From the IMG/VR virus record IMGVR_UViG_3300020037_002418: 20,000 bases of DNA; one strand, given 5' to 3'. Below the pieces are notes generated by a model. The model was not told where the DNA came from, searched no databases, and worked only from the letters and a program-made list of their open reading frames with translations. A program made the position numbers and the translations under genes. Source of the stretch: an uncultured virus (IMG/VR IMGVR_UViG_3300020037_002418) (lineage: Duplodnaviria; Heunggongvirae; Uroviricota; Caudoviricetes). This document shows, piece after piece, positions 9,680 through 16,753 of this stretch; positions within the stretch are counted from its first letter, which is position 1, and the number at the start of each line of letters is the position of its first letter.

Positions 9680-10221
9680 TACTCTAAGTTCTGGGCCGAG
9701 CCCGTGATGGTGCGGATAGCTTCCTTCTTGGCGTCTGGTGTTTCCATCTTCGCCATGATGGCTGCCATCTTCAGGGTGAGTCGGGCCTCGATCTCCGCCT
9801 TCGTGAGGTTGTTCCAGTCCTGCTCCACCTGAGTGCTCTCCACCTTAGCGTGGATACTCATGAGCTTAGCCACGAATGAGAGGGCCTGGGACTTCTTGCC
9901 GGTAGCGGCGAGGTCCTTCACCCACTGAGAGAGATCCTTGCAGAGCGGCTCCACTCCCCCGTACTCGTCGTAGAACCCATCCACGATCTGAGCCAACGGC
10001 TCTAGCGTCTTGCCGTTGCCGTACTTAGCAATGACTTGGGCTACCTTCTGGCCAGCCATCGCCACCTTCTGGTCGTAGATGGCCATCGACGCTTCGAGGG
10101 GCAGGCACTTATTGCACCGCAGGTCTAACGGCAGGCTGTTGTAGCAACTAGCCGGGAGCCAGGTCTTGCACTGCGGACAAAAGAGCTGCTTCTCTTCTGG
10201 GTTTACTTGGGAATCGCCCAT
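9679..10221 (-). CDS. Probable terminase small subunit with N-terminal CxxC..CxxC zinc finger
   Basis: Helical 180-aa ORF coupled to terL (TAATG); CPQC and CNKC motifs. Confidence 0.55.
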   Translation of the reverse strand: MGDSQVNPEEKQLFCPQCKTWLPASCYNSLPLDLRCNKCLPLEASMAIYDQKVAMAGQKVAQVIAKYGNGKTLEPLAQIVDGFYDEYGGVEPLCKDLSQWVKDLAATGKKSQALSFVAKLMSIHAKVESTQVEQDWNNLTKAEIEARLTLKMAAIMAKMETPDAKKEAIRTITGSAQNLE

Positions 10222-11873
10222 ACATCTCCAGATGCTCTGAGTTTGTAACCGTTGTTCTCAGCGAACTCATCGACCATCCGACGGAGCTTAGGAGTCTCAT
10301 ACCCCAGTCCCGCCAGCAAGCCGCCTTCCGTGATGTGCTTGAACCAGGTCTCCAGCTTCTCTTCCGTCAGAGACCGCTCGATAAACACCAAGTCCAGGTG
10401 ATGCTGGTCTTCAGGATAAGGGAACTTTCTGCCAGACAGGTCGGCCATTACCCGTCCTGATTCTAGCTCGTGCTGAAAGCTCTTCGCAAACTGCTCGGCC
10501 GGCTCGGTGCTGAACTGGTAGGTCAGCGTAGAGTCGAGGGCGTACAGGTGCGATCCTTCCGGGAGTCCTTCCAGGATGGCGGCAGCCGATTGACCGGAGC
10601 CGGCGTGAGCTACGGCCACTTCAATGGGCCCATCGTTCTTCTCAACCAGCCAGTTCGTGAGGGCGGCGATGTTGTCGATGGACTCGTTGCTGATTTCGGT
10701 AGGGATAGCAGCTACCTTATAGCCACCGACAATACGGTGCTTGAGGGCGTGGCCGTTCTGCTTCTCTAGGGCGATAGCCACTGAGTTCTCAACACCAGCC
10801 ATCTCGGCGTGGGTATTCACCAAGGGCGGAGTGCCATTAGTCACTATCGGCTCGTTGTCGAGCTTGACGTCGGCATACTGACTGCCGGTTTCCTTTTCTC
10901 GTTCCATGAGGACGCGAGCTTCTTCCAGATCTTCCGGGGAGAGATAGACCTCATTCTGATCGTGACGCAGGGTCTGGCCCCGCCGACCGATATGGTCAGG
11001 TAGATTGCTGGTGTAGTCCACAATTCGCTTCTCGTCTTGGATTGACGTGTTGCAGTTCAGGGCCTCTCGCATCTCTTCGGCCACAATCTCCAGAGTAGCC
11101 ACCCGGGGCTTACCAACCCGCTTTGGCTTGTTGTGCAGAGCCCAGGAGTTGCAAGCAGCGAAGCAGACGTCGTAACCCTTCTTGATCTTCCAGTACACGC
11201 TCAGGTTGCGGGTGGCGAAGCAGTCTTCTGTTCCCCGCTTCTCACACTTGTCCTTGTCGTGCTCGTAGTCGAAGAACGGCTTAGGGGGGCCATCGAAGAT
11301 GTTCGTGGTGAATAGGCAGCAACCCGTAGGCAGCGACGACATCGGGTGAATGCCAGCCAGCTTCTCAGCCTCACGGCGAGTCAGCATCTCTTGCTTCCAG
11401 CCCGAGTCCAGGCCGTTCGTCTCTACGTTGGTCCACTGGAAGAGATACGGCACCTCACCACCATCACTGATGCCAGGACGGTTGATCGGGTGCGGGGGAG
11501 GACCGCAGTAGGGAGCCGCAATGACAGTCGGGATGCCCTGCTTCAGCCGGTCAAAGGCGAAGGTGAAGGCCTCGTCCAAGAACAGCTTGGCAGAGGGGTC
11601 CTTGCCGTAGTAGGCATCTGGCTCGTTGTCCGAGTCCAGCATCAGCAGCATATCGCAGCCGGCTTCCTTGGCCTCACGTACGGCCAGATTCCTGGTCATA
11701 TACACCGGGGTATCCGAGTAGATTCCCACTACCACCGTCTCGACCCGTGGGTCATTGAGCAGTCGGTTGTAGGCCTTACCCCACCAGACCATGAGTTCAG
11801 GGATGACCGAAGACACTCCGCCGTTACCACCGTACGCATAGATGGCAACTGCGATCCGTACCGTGCTTTTCAT
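10203..11873 (-). CDS. GT-A (GT2-like) glycosyltransferase fused to a degenerate class I SAM methyltransferase-like domain
   Basis: N-terminal 'RIAVAIYAY..TRNLAVREA..CDMLLMLDSD' (DxD) plus 'PTGCCLF' and 'TEDCF'; C-terminal 'GSGQSAAAIL..LYALDS..LDLVFIE..GGLLAG' resembles the Methyltransf_24 layout. Confidence 0.7.
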   Translation of the reverse strand: MKSTVRIAVAIYAYGGNGGVSSVIPELMVWWGKAYNRLLNDPRVETVVVGIYSDTPVYMTRNLAVREAKEAGCDMLLMLDSDNEPDAYYGKDPSAKLFLDEAFTFAFDRLKQGIPTVIAAPYCGPPPHPINRPGISDGGEVPYLFQWTNVETNGLDSGWKQEMLTRREAEKLAGIHPMSSLPTGCCLFTTNIFDGPPKPFFDYEHDKDKCEKRGTEDCFATRNLSVYWKIKKGYDVCFAACNSWALHNKPKRVGKPRVATLEIVAEEMREALNCNTSIQDEKRIVDYTSNLPDHIGRRGQTLRHDQNEVYLSPEDLEEARVLMEREKETGSQYADVKLDNEPIVTNGTPPLVNTHAEMAGVENSVAIALEKQNGHALKHRIVGGYKVAAIPTEISNESIDNIAALTNWLVEKNDGPIEVAVAHAGSGQSAAAILEGLPEGSHLYALDSTLTYQFSTEPAEQFAKSFQHELESGRVMADLSGRKFPYPEDQHHLDLVFIERSLTEEKLETWFKHITEGGLLAGLGYETPKLRRMVDEFAENNGYKLRASGDVWAIPK

Positions 11874-11882
11874 TGTTTCCTC

Positions 11883-11922
11883 AAAATAAAAGCCCCCTCG
11901 GTGTACGGAGCACCGAGGGGGC
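11883..11922 (-). terminator. Rho-independent terminator after the capsid/decoration genes
   Basis: 12-bp perfect GC-rich stem GCCCCCTCGGTG/CACCGAGGGGGC with a 7-nt loop, followed on the minus strand by TTTTATTTT. Confidence 0.85.
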
Positions 11923-12023
11923 CGAACCCCAGATGGTTTCCCATCTCACCCGCTGCTCAGGAGAAAACAGCGGGTTTCTTGCTCTGGTTGCGTCTCCGTA
12001 AAACGCTCCCAGTTATTAGCTGA

Positions 12024-12650
12024 TTACCAAGGAAGGTCGAGGTAGACGAGTACGTTCGCTGCCGTGGTGGCAGTCGTGCTCATCGCCACGCCCAGCCGGT
12101 TCAAAGCCGCACTCATGCAGTAGGTCGCATTGCTCGTCGAGATGATCGACGTGATGCGGCCCGCCGTGGTGGCTTGGCTCGTGGCCGCCGTAATGGCGAT
12201 CACATAGTCATCCTTCACCAAGGCATTAGCATCGAGCGACTTCTTCACCAAGCACGGACCCTTCACGACCAACCAGAAGTAGTCGTTAGTGGCCACGCCC
12301 GTGGACGGCAGGAACTCATCGACGATGCCAGCAACTACGCCGGAATCGAGCGACACGTAGCCATCCACTTCTTTACCTTCCATATTCGTCTTCCACACGC
12401 ACGCCCGGCCCGGAAGCAGGGAGATTGCACTGGAGTTGCGAACCAGGATGCACTCGACGTTGCCACCCGAGCGGGGGCCGAGGACAGTCGTGTTGCCAGT
12501 CAGGGTGCTGGAATAATCCAGATCCTTGAAGGCCTTGCGAATGCCACGGATCGCCGTGCTGGTCGTCGAGCTCGTGTCTGCCGTCCGGTTAGGGCCGGTC
12601 AGGTAAGTCTTCCCACGTTGGGGAAGGGAAACAACATTGTCAGCGGCCAT
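12024..12650 (-). CDS. Putative capsid decoration / cement protein
   Basis: 208 aa, A/T/S/V-rich; 'VAGIVDEFLP..NDYFWLVVKGP'; first non-mobile gene after MCP and last before the terminator; GAGGA SD. Confidence 0.55.
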   Translation of the reverse strand: MAADNVVSLPQRGKTYLTGPNRTADTSSTTSTAIRGIRKAFKDLDYSSTLTGNTTVLGPRSGGNVECILVRNSSAISLLPGRACVWKTNMEGKEVDGYVSLDSGVVAGIVDEFLPSTGVATNDYFWLVVKGPCLVKKSLDANALVKDDYVIAITAATSQATTAGRITSIISTSNATYCMSAALNRLGVAMSTTATTAANVLVYLDLPW

Positions 12651-12700
12651 ATTTAAGTTCCTCGCCCGGCAGTGGGTTTTTGCCCTTTACCGGCTCTGAG

Positions 12701-13300
12701 TCAAAGTCCTGATTGAATGGGGTTCTTAACCAACGGGCCGTTTAATATCCGTGAGGCCCACACCATCATTTCTTCATCGGACATCACACTCTTCATCCAA
12801 TTAGCTGCCTTACAAACCAGCCGCACATTGGACTCCGTGTAACCAATCGCATTGTCTATGCGGTCGATTGTCACGTTCGTGTAAACGCCCTTCCCTTGGC
12901 CTTGGATGTGTGTCATCGGAATCCCGGTTATTGCACACTTACCGTCCTGCTCTCTCCACCTACGCATGAGCAGCTCGTGTGTCACCTCTGATTCCGCAGC
13001 CATCAACCTCCGCCTCACGGTGTTTCTTCGCTGGCCAGACGTGGCTTTATGGGCCCGCCAAAGACATCGAAGATAAGCATCCGTGTTTTCAGTTTTGTAA
13101 GTTCTGGTTCTCTTCGTGTTGCATGAGTTGCATCTAGTTTCTCTGCCATTTGCTGTGTGCCTGGCTGGATAAAAGTTCTCCAGTGGGACCCACAGATGAC
13201 AGCTAGAGCACTCTTGCTTTCCGTCGATCACCAGCTTCTTTGGCCTACCGGCTTTTTTGCCGTTAGGCACATACGATAATTCACTACTGCTTGTACCCAT
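12701..13300 (-). CDS. Free-standing HNH homing endonuclease with N-terminal zinc finger
   Basis: CSSC..CNSC finger; 'QDGKCAITG..TIDRIDNAIGYTESNVRLVCKAANWMK' HNH core; AGGAGG SD before ATG 13300; visibly more AT-rich than its neighbours. Confidence 0.85.
   Translation of the reverse strand: MGTSSSELSYVPNGKKAGRPKKLVIDGKQECSSCHLWVPLENFYPARHTANGRETRCNSCNTKRTRTYKTENTDAYLRCLWRAHKATSGQRRNTVRRRLMAAESEVTHELLMRRWREQDGKCAITGIPMTHIQGQGKGVYTNVTIDRIDNAIGYTESNVRLVCKAANWMKSVMSDEEMMVWASRILNGPLVKNPIQSGL
12781..12894. repeat. Inverted repeat arm 1 (HNH catalytic region)
   Basis: Reverse complement of 19887-20000 with 113/114 identity. Confidence 0.95.
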
Positions 13301-13322
13301 AAAACCTCCTGAGGTTGCGACA

Positions 13323-13351
13323 AGTGTATTCCACAAGTCGTTAGCCAGCAA
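13323..13351 (-). promoter_or_regulatory. Candidate sigma70-type promoter for the HNH gene
   Basis: TTGCTG-17 nt-TACACT on the minus strand, 22 nt upstream of the HNH ATG. Confidence 0.45.
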
Positions 13352-13363
13352 GAGGATATCGTG

Positions 13364-14476
13364 TCAAGCATAATTTTTGAGTTTGGCCAAAAACTTAGGA
13401 CTTAAACTGCACTGGCCGTAGAATCCCGAGGCCCACAGAGCGGCAAAGCCAGCCCGAGGATCTTCGGTGGGTCCACGCATCCAGAACAGTTCCGGCATCC
13501 AGGAGGCGATCTCCACGGTGCTGGTGTTGACCATGTAGCCGGTGTTGGCCGGGCAATCGAAGTCCGCACTGATCGTGCAACCGTCTTGGTTCAACACGTT
13601 GCCGGCGAAGCCCAGGTCATTGGCCGTCTTGGCGGGAACCGAGATTCGGCGGATGGCCTCTTCGTGGTTCTTGTAGGCCTGGAACAGGTTGGGAGCCAGG
13701 GAGCAGATCTCGGGCATTCCATCGTCGCCACCTTGGATGGTGAGCCAGGTGATGGTCTGACCGATCACACGCCAGCAGTTGTCCTCGAACGTGGTGGAGC
13801 CGGTGCCCCAGCCCGTGCTGGACCAGTTCACCAGTTTCGGTGAGAAGTAATCGTATTCCACATCGCCCTGTCCATCCGGCCAGTCGTTGGCCAGCGTGGC
13901 ATTGGGGGAAGTCGTGAGGTTGGCACTCCACGTTCCGCCTTGATTGGCGAGAGCCGTCGAGAGACCCGCATAGGTCGTGCTCGGTTCAGCGATGCGGTCA
14001 CCAGCAGCAGGAGCCGTTCGCTCCGTGAGGCAGGTTTCCAAACCATAGATGGCGTTCTCACGGCCAGCGGTGCCACCCGCCTTGTACACTTCCGAAGCCA
14101 GACCGTTCTGGAGCTTCTTCATGATGCGGCCTTGCTTGGTCTTGAACAGATTGATGAGGGCTTCCTCACCGCTATTCATCGCCTTCTGCTTCATGGTGAT
14201 CGAGTCCGAGACTTGATAACCCGAAACAGGGAGCACCGCCTGTTGGAAGGCTTGGTGGTTCGAGAAGTCGATCATCGAGCCATCGCCGTGCTGGTGCATG
14301 GTGGGCTGCGAGAATTCGATCTGCCAGCGGAATTCATAGCCGCTGTTGTTGTAGGTGATCCGGCCCTTCTTCTTGAGCATCGCCAAGAAGAGACGACGGC
14401 GGATCGTCATATCCGAAGCACCCTTCATGTAGGCGGGCTTCGTGGTATTGATTACGCCAATCCATTCGTCAGACAT
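13364..14476 (-). CDS. Major capsid protein (HK97 fold, podoviral-type family)
   Basis: 370 aa after the scaffold-like gene; 'LFLAMLKKKGRI..SGYEFRWQIEF', 'NSGEEALINLFKTK' and 'IYGLET' resemble podoviral-type MCPs; AAGGA SD; strong G/C third-position bias. Confidence 0.8.
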   Translation of the reverse strand: MSDEWIGVINTTKPAYMKGASDMTIRRRLFLAMLKKKGRITYNNSGYEFRWQIEFSQPTMHQHGDGSMIDFSNHQAFQQAVLPVSGYQVSDSITMKQKAMNSGEEALINLFKTKQGRIMKKLQNGLASEVYKAGGTAGRENAIYGLETCLTERTAPAAGDRIAEPSTTYAGLSTALANQGGTWSANLTTSPNATLANDWPDGQGDVEYDYFSPKLVNWSSTGWGTGSTTFEDNCWRVIGQTITWLTIQGGDDGMPEICSLAPNLFQAYKNHEEAIRRISVPAKTANDLGFAGNVLNQDGCTISADFDCPANTGYMVNTSTVEIASWMPELFWMRGPTEDPRAGFAALWASGFYGQCSLSPKFLAKLKNYA

Positions 14477-14580
14477 CTTTAGCTTCCTTGCTAAAAGCCA
14501 GTCACAGGGCAGGCCGCCAGGTCAGCAAATCTCTGACGCTAGAAGGGCGTGATGCCTATTCACTGGGTGTATCCATACAC

Positions 14581-15714
14581 CTACGCTGCCGCACCGGTCT
14601 TATGCTTGCGGAAAGCGTTGGTAAACATGTTCTCTAACTCGCCCTCATTGCTGGGGACGAAGCCACTCCCGTCGTCGGTGTAGCTGCCTTGATTGGCTGA
14701 GGGGCTGGCCTTCCGCCGCATCTCATCAATGAAGGACTCTTGTTTTGATTTGGGGGCCGCAGAGGGAGGGGCGTCCGTGCCCTTGATGAACTTTCCATGC
14801 TCATCCCTCGCACGACCTGCATCGGTTGGCGTAACAACCGGTGTTGGACTGGTAGGCTGCGTGTTCACGCCTGATAACTTCAAGGCGTAAGCCGCTAGCT
14901 TCTGGGGGTCGTTTATACCCTGTTGGCGGAGTTCCGCAACAGTCTGCCGAAACTTCTCGCCGTCAGCCGTCAGTCGGCCATCGGGTTGATAGAGCCAAGC
15001 TTTGTGCTCGTCCGAGAACTTCTACTCGAAGGACTGGGCCTGGGTCTGTTGTTCGTAGGATTGGAACTGACTCTGGATCTTCTCTTCCAGCATTCGCTGG
15101 AACTGCCGCTCCAAGACGGGGCTGATGCCCTTGTAGATGTTCTGGTAGAAGTTCCCTTCGAACAGCTTCTGCATCTGTTCGCGTTGGGCAACGTGGGCCT
15201 GGTTCAGATCGTTGAGAACCGGCAGGGCCATGGCTTCGAAGCCGGGCTTGGCCTGATAGAGGCCGTTGTCACCCAGTTCTACAATGCCCTGATTGATCAG
15301 GAACTTCGCTTGTTCGTTAATCTGTGGTGCTTGCCACAAGGAGTTGAAATGGGAGTCGGGATCGAATTCGTCACTGGCCTCCTCGCTGGCTACATCATCG
15401 GAGCTACGATTGCCACGATTGGCACCGCCATCCTTTGTGCCACTTACAAGCGATGAGCGGCCAAGGTCAGCGTAGGCCCGGTCTTGCATGTACCGGTCGA
15501 GGAGGGCTTCCGCAAAGGAGCTCTCGTCCTCGATCCCATCGAGTGGGAGTCCGGCTGCTTGGGCTCGGGCATACAGCCCGCTACCAGAGAATGAGGAGTG
15601 TTGCTCGGGAGCAGCTTGTTCTGGGGCTGCTTCAGGTGTGGCCTCAGCCACGGGAGATTCCGGTTCCGCTTCCGGAGTAGGGACGCCACCAAAGATGTCT
15701 TCGAGCTCAGGCAT
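14581..15714 (-). CDS. Capsid scaffolding-like protein with an in-frame TAG at 15022-15024 (230 aa to the stop, 377 aa if read through)
   Basis: Acidic P/E/A-rich N-terminus, Q-rich helices and 'RARDEHGKF' motif; immediately upstream of MCP; the frame stays open past the TAG into the 14581-14883 ORF. Confidence 0.7.
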
Positions 15715-15750
15715 AGGATTCCGTTCCTGGAGATATAGGGGGTTGAGCTA

Positions 15751-15779
15751 TTAGTACCACTGATACAGAGACCTGTCAA
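15751..15779 (-). promoter_or_regulatory. Candidate promoter of the morphogenesis operon
   Basis: TTGACA-17 nt-TACTAA with an extended -10 TG, in the divergent intergenic region. Confidence 0.45.
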
Positions 15780-15798
15780 ACTACACAAGGAGTGATGA

Positions 15799-16026
15799 AT
15801 GAAGAAAGATGAGATCACGGCGTTCTGCTACAACCCGAACAACGGGGTCGCCAACGACACGCAGTACACCTTCAAGTCATCGGACGTCAGGGGCATTACA
15901 ATGGCTCCCGATGGAACGACCTACGCCAACCTGCGTGGGTTCCGTCAGGCCCGCATCCGGGTCAACGACTACTTCAACCTCAAGGAAGAGAAGTTCCCAT
16001 GGACCAAGGCACCCAGTCCAAAGTAA
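15799..16026 (+). CDS. Hypothetical protein
   Basis: 75 aa; AAGGAG SD; first gene of the plus-strand cluster. Confidence 0.7.
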   Translation: MKKDEITAFCYNPNNGVANDTQYTFKSSDVRGITMAPDGTTYANLRGFRQARIRVNDYFNLKEEKFPWTKAPSPK

Positions 16027-16343
16027 AGTCCGTCGTTCAGTCCCTACTGAAGACCGCCGCTCGGGCCCATCTCTGGCACCTAGGTACCAAGTCCTACGCC
16101 CAGCACGTCGCTCTCGGAGAACTCTATGAGTACCTCCACGATGCGGCCGACAAGCTGGCCGAGTCTTCAATGGGAGACGGCCTGACTATGGATGAGCCCA
16201 GTATCCCCACGGTTCTTAAGGAACTAGACGGGATCTGTAAGGAGTTGCGGTCCATCCCTGGCGAGCCGTGGCTCCAGAACATCGCCCAAGAGATTGACGG
16301 GGCGATCTATAAGTACCAGTACAAGTTGCGAAACCTGTCTTAA
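15999..16343 (+). CDS. Ferritin/Dps-like four-helix protein (DUF5856-like)
   Basis: 'AHLWHLGTKSYAQHVALGELYEYLHDAADKLAE' and 'LQNIAQEI..YKL' match the phage Dps-like pattern. Confidence 0.75.
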   Translation: MDQGTQSKVKSVVQSLLKTAARAHLWHLGTKSYAQHVALGELYEYLHDAADKLAESSMGDGLTMDEPSIPTVLKELDGICKELRSIPGEPWLQNIAQEIDGAIYKYQYKLRNLS

Positions 16344-16353
16344 GGAGATAGCC

Positions 16354-16632
16354 ATGAACCGTCGGGAGATGATCGGAGCGGTGGCCGGTTTGATCGGCTA
16401 CTCCCAGGCCGGGTCCAGCCAGCCCGAGAAAGTCTGGGGAGACAAACTCCTGAATTACGCAGATGTTGGCCAGGCCACGATGACAGAACCGGGCAAAGGT
16501 CCGGTTCATTACTGGTTTGAGGTAAATGGCAGGTGGGTTGAGGTGGATATGCGAACCTACTACGGCTATATGGCAGCCAACGTGTTTCCTGAAAGATTCA
16601 AGTGCGGCAAGTACTTCACTTACTACAGTTGA
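16354..16632 (+). CDS. Small protein with twin-arginine-like N-terminus
   Basis: AAGGAG SD; MNRREMIGAVAGLIG; 92 aa. Confidence 0.65.
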   Translation: MNRREMIGAVAGLIGYSQAGSSQPEKVWGDKLLNYADVGQATMTEPGKGPVHYWFEVNGRWVEVDMRTYYGYMAANVFPERFKCGKYFTYYS

Positions 16633-16735
16633 ATGCAGCAGTGAGCCCTGCCGGAGGAGGCGTGTATCGCCGGCAATCGCTAGCCTTTGTGACCGCGTGC
16701 CATCAGGCGGATATCTGGTGGCCCTTTAATACAAA

Positions 16736-16753
16736 TCGGCCTGTGTAGGCCGA
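16736..16753. repeat. Intergenic palindrome TCGGCCT-GTGT-AGGCCGA (copy 2)
   Basis: 7-bp perfect inverted repeat; 16/17 identical to 7331-7347. Confidence 0.8.

Noticed and set aside
12651..13408. Group I intron in MCP containing the HNH
   Set aside because: MCP has a plausible complete C-terminus. Only 50 nt follow the HNH stop, with no second exon or room for an intron core.
14581..14883. Independent 100-aa gene from TTG
   Set aside because: No SD; it is in frame with the upstream scaffold ORF and the intervening codons are open, so it is treated as the distal part of the scaffold.
913..15754. Numerous plus-strand ORFs (e.g. 7991-8539, 11346-12023, 13940-14482, 14923-15456)
   Set aside because: They are antisense shadows of well-supported minus-strand genes in GC-rich DNA, with no motifs or SD.
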